In this document: positions 50,325-60,843 of the stretch, piece after piece
Layout: each line of letters starts with the position of its first letter
Position numbering within the stretch: the first letter of the stretch is position 1
NCBI GenBank assembly: GCA_963665235.2
Contig: CAXXLX010000001.1
Location: forward strand, 3,968,001-4,032,000
DNA from: Candidatus Poribacteria bacterium
Lineage (GTDB): Bacteria; Poribacteria; WGA-4E; WGA-3G
Direction: 5' to 3'
DNA: 64,000 nucleotides
Notes under the pieces: model-generated
What the model was told of the DNA's origin: nothing
The model's input: only the letters and a program-made list of their open reading frames with translations
The model's database searches: none
Made by a program: the position numbers and the translations under genes

Positions 50325-53300
50325 TCAATCCACATCAAGTTCCGGTGCTGGGCCATAGAGTGCATTCGTGACCAAGACAAGGTCAGCAAGGTCCACAATT
50401 CCATCGCCATTGATATCCGCGCTATTCTCTTTTCCTGTCTGTCCGAGCTGCGACGCAACGAACTCAAGGTCCGCAGCGTCCACTTGCCAATCCCTATTTG
50501 CATCTTCAGGAATACGGGGAGGTTCAACAATCCATGCATGACCAACGAGCGGACGTGAATCCGCACCGGTGTTGTCTGTAAGAGCGGCATCGGTTAACGT
50601 CAAGATTACATCCGCGCGTTTTATAATCTCAAAAGTGGCGGTAGCAATTGTACCATCGTTTATAATAGCATCGGGGGCTGCACTTCCCGCAAGTGTTACA
50701 GCATTTTCTGCAACGACCGGCGGTATAATTTTTACATCTGCTATCTCTATATTGTCCTCAACATCAGGGATATACCGGAGTGCTTCAGCATTGTACAGGA
50801 CTCTGAATTTATAGCCGGTGACGTTTTGTCCATCAGCCATGTTGACACTAAAGGTCAATTGTTTACCGGTAGGGGGTGCTTCCACGGAGAGAGGAGTGAT
50901 GTTTAGGCGCGGAATAGGTGCGGGTTTCATCTGCCACAAAAGCGCGGTACCGTCTTTACTTCTACTTATAAGTGTTGTGCCGTCCGCTGAATATGTGAGG
51001 GTTACCACAGCCCCTGTGTGTCCTTTCAGGGCACCTTGATGTTTTCCAGCTCCAACATCCCAAACGTGAATGATAAAGTCATTAACCGAACTACTTAACG
51101 TCGTGCCATCGGGTGAAAATGTAAGTGCAGCAGAATCTTCGGCATAATAGCCGCGGTCTTCTACTGAATGGAGCGTAGTTTTGTGTTTTCCGGTATCTAT
51201 ATCCCACAATTGAATGTCTCTGCTACCATCTGTACTTGCAAGGGTTTTTCCATCGGGTGAAAACGCAACAGAAAGGATAGGAAGCCGCCGTTTTTCTTCG
51301 GGGTTAATTAAATTTGCGAAAGTTGTGTGATGGTTGCCAGTTTTTGCGTCCCAAAGTCGGATTGCCTTTTCACCTTCAGACAGTATTTCAGCGGTAGCAA
51401 TAGTTGTCCCATCCGGCGAAAACGTTATAGCGTCTATGGACTCGGCATGTCCTTTAAGTGTCAATTTGCGTTGACCTGTGTCCATATTCCACAGATGGAT
51501 TAGATTGCTAGACCTTGTAGCGACTGCAAATGTCCGGCCATCTGGAGAAAATGCAGCGGCAACAGCCTGATGCGGGTCTTCTTTGAAAATGAATTTCTGT
51601 TTATAGGTATTGGTATCCCATAAGTAGACATGCTCCGAGGATTTCCCTACAAGAGTCGCGCTGTTTGGCGAGAAGGCAATCGCCCTGGCGACAAAACCGC
51701 CGTTCATATCTCGAATTATATCACTGAATTGTGGTGAAATTAAATGCCACAAGTGCCTGTGTTCATCATGATTGCCCAAAACCAACGTTTTTCCTTCATC
51801 CGATACGACTATAGGGTTAACAGGATGGCCATATCCGGTGACAGTAGTGCGAACTTTTGTCCTTTCTATGTCCCACAAGCGGATTATTCCTTCCCGCTCC
51901 GCACTTACAAGTGTCCTTTTATCTGGTGAAAGCACAGTAAACTGGACCCGTTCCGTATGCCCATCAAGGACTGCAAGTTTTTCGTTTGTCCGAAAATTCT
52001 GGAGGTGAAGTGTCCGGTGCCATTTTTTACTAACGGTGATCAGTTCGCCTTGAGCAGAAAAATCTATGGATGAGAAGATAAAAGAGTTATCCTTTTCCGA
52101 AAAAGTTTTTAGCAATTCTCCAGTCCGTATGTCCCACAACAAGATTGAGTTATTCGGGAGGTTACGTTGCGAACCTATTGCGGCGAGCTGGGTTCCATCA
52201 AGACTGAATACAACTTTGTGTTGAAAAGAATCAGCAAATTCCTCTTCATGCAGCAAAGTTTTTCGCTGTCCACTGTTGGCATCCCATAACTCAATTTTGT
52301 TTTTCCGGGTTATAGTGGCAAGTATTGTACCATCGGGTGAAAACGCCGCATCGGTAACAGTCTCGCTATTTCCCGGCTTGATGGTTGCAAAGAGCTGCCC
52401 AGTATGAACATTCCATAACTGCCTCCCGTTGAAAAGTGTTGTCCCACCCGGTGAAAACGCGAGGGTAGCACTGCCTGCCTTAAAAGTTTTTAGGTGTTGA
52501 TAGTTACGTGAATCCCATAAACGAATCGTTCCATCGTAACCACTACTTGCAAGTAGCTCCCCTTTAGCAGAAAAGGCGATGGCAGAAACAGGTTTTGTGT
52601 GTTCTGTAATTAGCGCGAGTTCCGCTCCAGTATCTGCATCATACATCCAAATCCCGATTGAGGTTGCCACTGCGAATTGTGTATTATCTGGTGAAAACTT
52701 AATATCATAGATTGTGCCTTTACCCAGACGTGCTTTTGCACCTTCAGGTAACGCAAATTGTGTGTAATCTGTAGGAAGGTTTTGTGTGTGAAAGGGATTA
52801 AGCACAGCGGCGTGTGTAGCATTAGGGCGTGCAAAGCTACCATCACTTTTTTCAATTTGCACTTTCGGGAGATGGACAGTTGAAGCCTCCGCCTTTATAA
52901 CCTCAAATGTAACACTTGCAAGCGTGCCATCGCCACTCTTAGATTCGCTGGGCGGACATGTCCCCACAAGATTGACACGATTTGGAGCACGCATCCACTG
53001 GGGCCCTAGCGAGGCATCAAACGTGGCACTCCTCGGAAGATAACCCCCATTCCCACTTGAAACATAGCGAAGTGTGGCAGCATCAAATTCCAACGTAAGG
53101 TCATAAACCCTAACGTTTTCACCCCCAGCTATATCAACATTGAGCGTTAATTGCTCGCCAATCTCAGGAGACTCTACGGAAGGCGGCGTAATATTAACGG
53201 CTGCTTTTGTCCCAACAAAATGTTTTATGTTCCATAAGAGAACGGTTCCATCTCTACTCCTGCTCGCTAAAGTTGTTTTAGGTCTGGAGAAAACCTCGTT

Positions 53301-55124
53301 CTCCGCTTGTTCGCTTCCAGACGGTTGCTCAGGTGATAGAAATACTAACGACTCAATAGGCCCCGTATGTCCAATAAGCGTCTCCTTGAGGTCTCCGGTC
53401 TGTACATTCCACAAACGGATTTTAGCGTCGTAACCGCCACTAGCGAGGACTGTGCCATCCGGTGAGAATGCTAACGAATGGAACGCATGTTTACTTTCAA
53501 AAGTGCGAAGAGTCGGTGAAATTTGTGTGCCTGTTTCTATATTCCACAACCGCACCTCGCGCCACCTGCTGCTAGCGAGGACTTCTCCATCTGGTGAGAA
53601 CACTAATAGGTCTCCCCCCTCCTGATTTGTAAGAACTGATTTGTGTTGTCCAGTAGCAGTATCCCACACCTCAATTGCTCCCGTACTGTCTCCGGTTACT
53701 AAGAGACTACTATCCGGTGAGAATACCATAGCAGTGAAAATTTCTTCAGGTTTTGTAAGGGTTGCTTTCCGTTTGCTTGTGCTTGTGTTCCATAGCTGAA
53801 TATTGTTAGACCCTGTTCTTAGAGCGAGGGTTTTGCCATCTGGGGAGAGCACTCTTGAATAAAAACCTTCTACGGGGTGGGTAAATGCTATTTCGCGTTT
53901 TTCAGTGTGTATATTACAAAGCAATAGGGCAAAGTTTTCCATACTGCTCTTTACACAAGTAACAGTCGTGCCATCCGGTGAAAATAGTAAGGGCTCGATG
54001 TATTCTGGATGCACTGTAAAGATAGGCTTGGGGTGTCCAGTACTAATATCCCACAGGAGCAGGTCCCCATGCACCCCAGTTACAATTTTTTTGCCATCGG
54101 GTGAGGGTAGCATAGAAGAGATTTTTTGTATATGTGTGAGGATACCTTTGTCCTGTCCTGTTTTCGCGTCCCACAATTGAATTTTACCATCGGTACTGAC
54201 ACTTGTCAGTGTTTTGCCATCCGGTGTGTATTCTATCTCGATAAATGTGCTAGGTTTTGTAATAGTCAGCTTATGCTGTCCTGTTTTCGCGTCCCACAAC
54301 CTAATCATGTCCCAACAAGCCGTAGCGAGTGTTGTGCCATCGGGTGAATATACCACTGAATGGACACTCTTTGTATGTCCAGTAAGGACAGCTTTCAGCA
54401 GGCCTGTTTTCATGTCCCACACCTGTACTGTCCGGTTCCACATCCCACCGAAGGCAAGTGTCGTTCCATCCGGTGAATACGCTACGGAGTTAAGATTTCC
54501 TTCCTGCCTTATAGAAATGATTTTACGTTGTTCCGTTTCTATATTCCACAACGTAAGTGCTAATGTCTGTGAGGGAAGTTCAGTTACGAGCGTCGTGCTA
54601 TCCGGAGAGAAGGTGTAGGCACGTGCTCCCGTGGGACGTTCTTTAAAGAAATTTTTCCGTTCAAAGGTCCGTGTATCCCATAACGTGTCGCTGGTAGCCA
54701 ATAATTTCCCATCTGGAGAAAATAGGGCAGAACGCCAAAATCCCATGAGGGTGGTTATGTGTTTGCGAGTCTGTACATCCCAGACCCGAACTTTTCCATC
54801 CCAACAGACAGCGGCGAGCATTTTCCCATCCGGAGAAAACGATACGGTAGGGTCATGAGGTGTATTGCCAGAAAAATCTTCAAAATCTTCATCGGTATGT
54901 CCTGTAAGTAGGGCAAGTTCTTCACCCGTGTGTGCGTCGGACAGCCATGTTCCAATCTCACTGCCAACTGCAAGCAACTTACCGTCTGGAGAATACGCAA
55001 TATCGTTTATCTCTCCTTTACCGATACGTGCTATGGCATTTTCAGGCAGTTCCCAAGCAACACCTTCTGAAAATGGGACGACAATCAACAAAAACAGAAC
55101 AATAAACTTACTCCTATATTTCAC
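50325..55124 (-). CDS. Secreted (WD40 propeller + cohesin) x2 + dockerin-like protein
   Basis: Signal peptide; many FSPDG...WD repeats; two cohesin-like modules (L.FD...LRYVS...DGTLA.VTFEV); C-terminal EDANRDWQVDAADL...DINGDGIVDLADL. Confidence 0.85.
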   Translation of the reverse strand: MKYRSKFIVLFLLIVVPFSEGVAWELPENAIARIGKGEINDIAYSPDGKLLAVGSEIGTWLSDAHTGEELALLTGHTDEDFEDFSGNTPHDPTVSFSPDGKMLAAVCWDGKVRVWDVQTRKHITTLMGFWRSALFSPDGKLLATSDTLWDTRTFERKNFFKERPTGARAYTFSPDSTTLVTELPSQTLALTLWNIETEQRKIISIRQEGNLNSVAYSPDGTTLAFGGMWNRTVQVWDMKTGLLKAVLTGHTKSVHSVVYSPDGTTLATACWDMIRLWDAKTGQHKLTITKPSTFIEIEYTPDGKTLTSVSTDGKIQLWDAKTGQDKGILTHIQKISSMLPSPDGKKIVTGVHGDLLLWDISTGHPKPIFTVHPEYIEPLLFSPDGTTVTCVKSSMENFALLLCNIHTEKREIAFTHPVEGFYSRVLSPDGKTLALRTGSNNIQLWNTSTSKRKATLTKPEEIFTAMVFSPDSSLLVTGDSTGAIEVWDTATGQHKSVLTNQEGGDLLVFSPDGEVLASSRWREVRLWNIETGTQISPTLRTFESKHAFHSLAFSPDGTVLASGGYDAKIRLWNVQTGDLKETLIGHTGPIESLVFLSPEQPSGSEQAENEVFSRPKTTLASRSRDGTVLLWNIKHFVGTKAAVNITPPSVESPEIGEQLTLNVDIAGGENVRVYDLTLEFDAATLRYVSSGNGGYLPRSATFDASLGPQWMRAPNRVNLVGTCPPSESKSGDGTLASVTFEVIKAEASTVHLPKVQIEKSDGSFARPNATHAAVLNPFHTQNLPTDYTQFALPEGAKARLGKGTIYDIKFSPDNTQFAVATSIGIWMYDADTGAELALITEHTKPVSAIAFSAKGELLASSGYDGTIRLWDSRNYQHLKTFKAGSATLAFSPGGTTLFNGRQLWNVHTGQLFATIKPGNSETVTDAAFSPDGTILATITRKNKIELWDANSGQRKTLLHEEEFADSFQHKVVFSLDGTQLAAIGSQRNLPNNSILLWDIRTGELLKTFSEKDNSFIFSSIDFSAQGELITVSKKWHRTLHLQNFRTNEKLAVLDGHTERVQFTVLSPDKRTLVSAEREGIIRLWDIERTKVRTTVTGYGHPVNPIVVSDEGKTLVLGNHDEHRHLWHLISPQFSDIIRDMNGGFVARAIAFSPNSATLVGKSSEHVYLWDTNTYKQKFIFKEDPHQAVAAAFSPDGRTFAVATRSSNLIHLWNMDTGQRKLTLKGHAESIDAITFSPDGTTIATAEILSEGEKAIRLWDAKTGNHHTTFANLINPEEKRRLPILSVAFSPDGKTLASTDGSRDIQLWDIDTGKHKTTLHSVEDRGYYAEDSAALTFSPDGTTLSSSVNDFIIHVWDVGAGKHQGALKGHTGAVVTLTYSADGTTLISRSKDGTALLWQMKPAPIPRLNITPLSVEAPPTGKQLTFSVNMADGQNVTGYKFRVLYNAEALRYIPDVEDNIEIADVKIIPPVVAENAVTLAGSAAPDAIINDGTIATATFEIIKRADVILTLTDAALTDNTGADSRPLVGHAWIVEPPRIPEDANRDWQVDAADLEFVASQLGQTGKENSADINGDGIVDLADLVLVTNALYGPAPELDVD

Positions 55125-57727
55125 TTTTCCGCCACCTCCCCGTTTTTAACGATAGGCCTGGAACGTTTTCCCGTTTTGTCAGAGAGAATCAGATGCGATA
55201 TGCTCACGGGTGAAAATGTATCAGCAACAACCTCAAATGTTACAAACGCAAGCGTGCCATCACCTTTCCCCATACCTATTAAGGCGGTAGCCGCAAGTGT
55301 CACCCGATTTTTCTGAATAATCGGTTTGATGAAAAACGCCTTGCCGGGCAGATAGTCTCCGTTGGCACTAGAGACATATCGGAGGGCAGCTTCATCGAAT
55401 TGGAACGTTAGTTGATACCCGGCAACGTTCGCAGCCCCCGTAATTTCAATCCCGAAGGTTAACTGGTCGCCAATTGCTGGAGATACCGGGGACGTGGGGG
55501 TAATTTTCGCGACTATGTTTGTGTCAAACGTCTCTATCGGTTTCCATAAAACGATTGTCCCATCGTAGCTGGCACTAGCAAATGTACCATCTTTCGGTGA
55601 AAACGCCATTGAAGTTACAGATGAGCTATGCCCATCAAGCCTTGTTTTACGTTGGCGAAGGTGCACATCCCATAATTCAATTCCTACGGAACTCCCGGCA
55701 AGAATTTCGCTGTCTGGAGAAAATGCAAGAAAACTAGCGTGTTCATAAGGAAGCGTAGAAAGATTTTTACCAGTGTTTGTGTCCCACAACTGAATCGTTT
55801 CGCCGCTGCTAACAAGCACTTTTCCATCTGGTGAGAATGTCAATGATAGATTATTATCGAGATGTCCTGAGAGGGTATTCTTGTGTTGTCCTGTTCGTGC
55901 ATCCCACAATTGAATCTCCCACTCTCCCCCAGTAGCGAGTATTTTCCCATCCGGCGAAAACGCTAAAGAGGTGGTGCTCCAAGGATGTCCCTCAAGCTCA
56001 AACCGCTGTTTTCCGGTGAAAACGTTCCACACCCGAATTTCTTTCTTACTTGCACTTGCAAATGTCTCCCCATCCCCTGCAAACACAACGTTATTGACAG
56101 CATTTGTGTGTCCTACGAGCAGTTTTAGTGCTCCGCCGGACCGTACATCCCATAAAATCGCTGTTTTATCCGCACTTCCACTAACAAGCATTGTGCTATC
56201 CGGAGAAAACGCTAACGCGTGAACTGTTGCCGTATGTCCATTAAGCGTCGCAAGTTGTTTGCCTGTGTGGGCCTCCGAAAGTTGTAATGTTCTGTCGCCA
56301 CTTGCACTTGCAAGTGTTGTTCCATCTGGCGATAGTGCAACGGCAGAAACTGCGGTTCTATGTCCATTAAGCGTCGCGCGATATTTACCGGTATCAGCAT
56401 CAAACACCCAAATTTTATCCGTTCCATCTCCACAGACCAGCGTCTCGCCATCTGCGGAAAACATGACAAAAGGATGTCCAGAACGATGTACCTGTATACC
56501 CGGGTATTCAATTTTTACCCTCAGCTTCCGGGTGTGCGCATCCGATAACCGGATGTCAGCGTGACTCTGACTTACGAAAGTCTCGCCATCCGGAGAGAAC
56601 GCCAACCGAGCGGACGGTAACAATGTCCTTCCAGCTACTTGGGGGGTGTCATCTTGGCGGGCTGCATGGAATTGCTGACTGTCTAGGTCCCACCATCGAA
56701 TTGTAGTGTTTTGCCAATCTTCAGTGGTAACAATTTTTGAACCATCAGGAGAAAACACAACTGAAAAAATGTTACCGAGTTGAGCATCCAGTGCTGTTTT
56801 CTGTTTTCCAGTGTGTGTATCCCATAACCGAATCGTGGAATTTCTTTCACCTTGACTAGTGACAAATGTTAAACCATCCGGTGAGAATGCTACCGTTCCA
56901 TAATTGTTATTTGCAATGGACGTTATCTGTTTACCGGTATGGGTATCCCACAAGCGGACAGTTGCGTCGCGCCCCCAACTTGCAAGCCGCTTACTATCCG
57001 GTGAGAAGACCACCGAAATGACAGAATGTGCATGTCCATTGAGAGTAGCCCTGGGTTCTCCGGTAGCAGCATCCCACAAACGGGCTGTGCCATCCGTACT
57101 TGCACTCGCTAATGTTGTGCCATCGGGTGAAAACGCTAAGCCTGTAATCCACCCGGTATGTCCTATAAGCACCAGCTTCTGTTTTTTATCGGCAACGTCC
57201 CAGAGTCGAATAACGCTGTCCATTTCAGCAGGTGCCTCGATTTCCCTGACCCGTTTAAATTCCTGTATCTTACTGCTTCTACCTGCGCCGCTAGCAAGCG
57301 TTGTTCCATCCGGTGAAAATGCCAAAGCTTTCGTATCCCCCGCATGGCCGGTCAGTGTTGCAAGGTGTTCAAAGGTCTGGGCATCCCACAACCGAACTGT
57401 CCGGTCGTAGCTCCCGCTAGCAAGCGTCGTGCCATCGGGTGAAAACGCAACCGAAGTAACAGCGTCCGTATGGCCGGTAAGTAGAGCAAGTTCAGCACCG
57501 GTATCTGCATCATGTATCCAAATTCCGATAATAGCACAAGCAACGGCGAGTCGAGTTCCATCCGGTGAAAAGGCAAAATCAACCGCGCGGCCTCTACCGA
57601 TACGCATTATCGCGCCTTCAGGCAGAGCACGTGGAGGCGGACTAGGACCACTCGCGACAGCCGTCGATGATAACAACGTGCTTGCAATCAGCAACAGAAA
57701 TATGATAGAGGATAGACGACTTTTCAC
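55121..57727 (-). CDS. Secreted WD40 repeat protein with C-terminal cohesin-like module
   Basis: Signal peptide; GHT...VAFSPDG..LAS repeats; FQFDEAALRYVSSANGDYL...GDGTLAFVTFEV; GAGG SD before GTG 57727. Confidence 0.85.
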   Translation of the reverse strand: MKSRLSSIIFLLLIASTLLSSTAVASGPSPPPRALPEGAIMRIGRGRAVDFAFSPDGTRLAVACAIIGIWIHDADTGAELALLTGHTDAVTSVAFSPDGTTLASGSYDRTVRLWDAQTFEHLATLTGHAGDTKALAFSPDGTTLASGAGRSSKIQEFKRVREIEAPAEMDSVIRLWDVADKKQKLVLIGHTGWITGLAFSPDGTTLASASTDGTARLWDAATGEPRATLNGHAHSVISVVFSPDSKRLASWGRDATVRLWDTHTGKQITSIANNNYGTVAFSPDGLTFVTSQGERNSTIRLWDTHTGKQKTALDAQLGNIFSVVFSPDGSKIVTTEDWQNTTIRWWDLDSQQFHAARQDDTPQVAGRTLLPSARLAFSPDGETFVSQSHADIRLSDAHTRKLRVKIEYPGIQVHRSGHPFVMFSADGETLVCGDGTDKIWVFDADTGKYRATLNGHRTAVSAVALSPDGTTLASASGDRTLQLSEAHTGKQLATLNGHTATVHALAFSPDSTMLVSGSADKTAILWDVRSGGALKLLVGHTNAVNNVVFAGDGETFASASKKEIRVWNVFTGKQRFELEGHPWSTTSLAFSPDGKILATGGEWEIQLWDARTGQHKNTLSGHLDNNLSLTFSPDGKVLVSSGETIQLWDTNTGKNLSTLPYEHASFLAFSPDSEILAGSSVGIELWDVHLRQRKTRLDGHSSSVTSMAFSPKDGTFASASYDGTIVLWKPIETFDTNIVAKITPTSPVSPAIGDQLTFGIEITGAANVAGYQLTFQFDEAALRYVSSANGDYLPGKAFFIKPIIQKNRVTLAATALIGMGKGDGTLAFVTFEVVADTFSPVSISHLILSDKTGKRSRPIVKNGEVAEK

Positions 57728-58540
57728 AATAGGTAACCTCCTTTTCAACCAATGCGTTTTCAAATGCCGTATAGAAAAGAATTTAGCACAAATTCGCGCC
57801 AGCTGTCAAGATTTTTTTGAAGAATTCCCCCGGGTGTGTAAAATTTTCGCACACTAGTTTGTAGTAGGGCGATTCATCGCCTGTCGTGCTAATTCCGCGT
57901 TTTCCGTGTTCTCCGCGTAATCCGCGATTTGCGGCGTATTCGCCCAAATGCGACGTGCATTCAGATTTTGGAAGATTAGCAAATGGAGAATAGCAATTAG
58001 GAGAGGGGAACCTATGGAAAATAGTGGAGGGGTAAAAGTGCCTGAAATCAAGACGATGGCAAACTAAACGCTGTACGATTATGAAACGTGTGGACTACAA
58101 ATGTCGGAAGTGTGGGAAATGCGCGACACAAGTGAATCACGAAACCTGCAAATGCCTCGGCAGAGAACGCCTCAGCAATCTGATCGCCACTTGTCCAGTT
58201 ACGGTTATATATCTCCCCATATAATTGTTTCAACTATCTGGGAGACTGCATCTACCGTATCATTAGGCATCTCACACAGAAACACCGCTCTTCTCTCTCG
58301 CCAATCTAGACTCTTTACCTGATCTGTCCGGATAACACCTTCTACTTCTAGATTTGTTGGGATTTCAACCTCAAACCCCCTCCTCTATTTGTACGGGTGA
58401 TTGGGCACATAACTGCCACGTTTTTCGCATTGTTAAAATCCCAAGAAGAGAGCACAAGGGCCGGTCGCCAATCCCGAATCTCTTTGCCTGCTTGCGGGCT
58501 GAAGTCAATATCTATTACATCCCCTCGCACTGGGATGTAA

Positions 58541-58776
58541 TACCATTTCTAATTGAAAATGTCTCTTTCTTGTAGCATAAACTTCCAGTTTGTGCGTTCT
58601 TGTAGCATAAACTTCCAGTTTGTGCGTTCTTGTAGCATAAACTTCCAGTTTGTGCGTTCTTGTAGCATAAACTTCCAGTTTGTGCGTTCTTGTAGCATAA
58701 ACTTCCAGTTTGTGTCTTCCGTTCTCCGTTTCATTTCTAACAACCGGTAATGATAGAATAATTAATAAAAATGGTA
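58541..58776. mobile_element. Family C MITE, copy 2 (inverted), with 5 x 30-bp REP tandem
   Basis: Same ends as 47335-47769; TAA on both sides; unit TGTAGCATAAACTTCCAGTTTGTGCGTTCT. Confidence 0.85.
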
Positions 58777-58779
58777 TAA

Positions 58780-59045
58780 TACCAAATTAACACAATTCGT
58801 CTTGTTCCACTCTGCCGCTCCAGCGGAGCGTATGTGAAGACGATGAATCAAATGAATTTGGTATTAGTCCCAGTATTCGGGCAAGCAGCCCGCTCTTTAA
58901 GGACGATATATTTATAGAAAACAACGCAACCCAGACAGACTAAACCCCAGTATTCGGGCAAACAGCCCGCTCCTTAAGGGTGATATGTTTATAGAATGTT
59001 GACTTATGGCCGTATGTGAAGACGATGAATCAAATAAATTTGGTA
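58780..59045. mobile_element. Family D MITE with a duplicated right end and X/Y-like REP variants
   Basis: TIRs TACCAAATT / AATTTGGTA (right end at 58863 and 59045); flanked by TAA/TAA. Confidence 0.75.
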
Positions 59046-59070
59046 TAAGTTGGGTCGTACGGAGTTACTG

Positions 59071-59367
59071 CTACCATACTTCATGCCCTACTGCCGGTCC
59101 GGTGTTTATTTCACCTGAGGCTGCATGCTTGGGTTCCTGTGCTAACAGGTCCGCGAGTTTCAGGCGCGGGAGATTGGCAGGACGTCCCGTTTTTTCAGGA
59201 CGATGTGGCTTGAGAGAGGTTTTAACAGTCTCACTATGTCCGGTTGTGCTGTGTTCCTGTGCTAACAGGTCCGCGAGTTTCAGGCGCGGGAGATTGGCAG
59301 GACGTCCCGTTTTTTCAGGACGATGTGGCCTGAGAACGGTATCGGCAGTTTCATTCCTGATTTTCAC
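59071..59367 (-). CDS. MazE-like antitoxin with an internal 120-bp duplication and no AbrB domain
   Basis: GGAGG then GTG; HRPEKTGRPANLPRLKLADLLAQE twice; tail GEINTGPAVGHEVW resembles MazE; stop overlaps the mazF ATG. Confidence 0.7.
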   Translation of the reverse strand: MKIRNETADTVLRPHRPEKTGRPANLPRLKLADLLAQEHSTTGHSETVKTSLKPHRPEKTGRPANLPRLKLADLLAQEPKHAASGEINTGPAVGHEVW

Positions 59368-59644
59368 GTTAGAATCCTCCTCGTGTTTCTCAATGACGTT
59401 ACCGATGAAGTGCATCACGGGAATCAGCGGATGATTTTTATCGGGGGTTGTCGTTAATATAGTTTGTCCCTTTAAGCTTCAGCTATTCTGTTTCAAGTGT
59501 GTCAGGGACCTACGAATATAAAAAATTAGTACGTCGGCAATTTTTTTATAAAAATGCTGAATTTTTACGGAATTCGGTTAATTTTTTTAGATTTTAGCAT
59601 TTTCCACCCTTCCACCCTTCCACCCAGATTTTTTTTGAATCTGC

Positions 59645-59673
59645 TTGACACAGTTCATCAAATATAGTACACT
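59645..59673 (+). promoter_or_regulatory. sigma70 promoter
   Basis: TTGACA-17bp-TACACT upstream of the PhyH gene. Confidence 0.6.
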
Positions 59674-59711
59674 GTATCCATGCTCACAGAATACAAAGCG
59701 AGGATAAGACC

Positions 59712-60488
59712 ATGATTGATTTACAACTGCAAGAATATCTTTTTGACGTACAAGGCTATCTCGTCATTGAAAATGTCCTGACTTCAGAAGAGCTAGCAGC
59801 CCTCAATCGACACATCGACGAGCAGGAGCTACCAACACCGGGAAAGGTTCAAAGATTTGGAAGCGCGCCGGACGGTTCCGGTTTCCTACAGTGGGGAAAG
59901 ACCTTTTGTGACCTGCTAGACCACCCGAAAATTATGCCGATACTTCAATTTCGGTTGGGGGACTGTTTTCGACTTGACCGAATTTACGGTATGTATATGC
60001 GCGAAGGAATGCCGAGAGGCGGACTGCACGCCGACTACGGGGCTTCGTCACCTATGTCAAAAGCGAAGCCGGGGGAGTATTACTCTTTTCGAGATAATGA
60101 AATTCACAACGGATTCGTGGTTGTGACATGGAATTTAGCTGACACCGGCCCCGGATTAGGCGGGTTTTGCTGTATTCCGGGCAGCCATAAAAGCAATTTT
60201 AGGTTACCAAGGCAGATAGGGGAGGCACCCGAAAAGGCGGAATGTGTCGTTATTCCGAACGCCCCTGCGGGTTCAGCGATTCTCTTTACCGAAGCATTGA
60301 CGCACGGTACCGCAGCGTGGCACGGAAAGCATGAACGGCGGTCCCTATTATATAAGTATTGTGTTTCCCAGATTGCGTGGACATCCCGCCGTGTCGCTAT
60401 GCCGGAGGATATAGAGCTAACAGCGCGGCAGGAGATTCTGTTCCGTCCACCTGCCGACCCACATCGTCATTTTCCATCGATGTTTTAA
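59712..60488 (+). CDS. Phytanoyl-CoA dioxygenase (PhyH) family
   Basis: FDVQGYL, LHAD, PGSHK, FTEALTHG. Confidence 0.9.
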   Translation: MIDLQLQEYLFDVQGYLVIENVLTSEELAALNRHIDEQELPTPGKVQRFGSAPDGSGFLQWGKTFCDLLDHPKIMPILQFRLGDCFRLDRIYGMYMREGMPRGGLHADYGASSPMSKAKPGEYYSFRDNEIHNGFVVVTWNLADTGPGLGGFCCIPGSHKSNFRLPRQIGEAPEKAECVVIPNAPAGSAILFTEALTHGTAAWHGKHERRSLLYKYCVSQIAWTSRRVAMPEDIELTARQEILFRPPADPHRHFPSMF

Positions 60489-60843
60489 CGAATTACTAAA
60501 CTTTGGACAATTTTAGGGGGGAACCCAACGTTCTTGTCAAACGGATAGGTGGAAGGGTGGAAGAATGGAAGGGTGGAAGGGAGAAGAGGGGGTTGACGCG
60601 CGGCAGAGATAGGCTTAGCATCACAACCTTCTTGCTAACTGCCAACGGCCAACGGTTTCCAACATTCTATAAACATGCCGCCCCGCTGGGGAAACCGCCC
60701 TTTGGAAACCCCATCGAAGGAAACCATTTTTCTCTTTTCTCCTCCTTGTGTGAGGGACTTAGAGAAAAATCAGAGATGCTTTGAAAGCGGGGATCCGGCT
60801 CACGGATATTGTCCAAACTATAGTAACGAATTAATGTGTGACG

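Larger units (their letters stand above)
58205..59077 (-). pseudogene. mazF: MazF/PemK toxin interrupted by two MITEs and frameshifted
   Basis: Excising 58541-59048 gives MVAVTPYDPTYIPVRGDVIDIDFSPQAGKE..RPALVLS...CPIT; frameshift in a G run ~58378; then FEVEI...DQVKSLDWRERRA. Confidence 0.85.

Noticed and set aside
58549-58750. ORFs with MLQERTNWKF/CSINFQFVRS repeats
   Set aside because: By-products of the 30-bp REP tandem; the sister element has a 32-bp period, so no frame is conserved.
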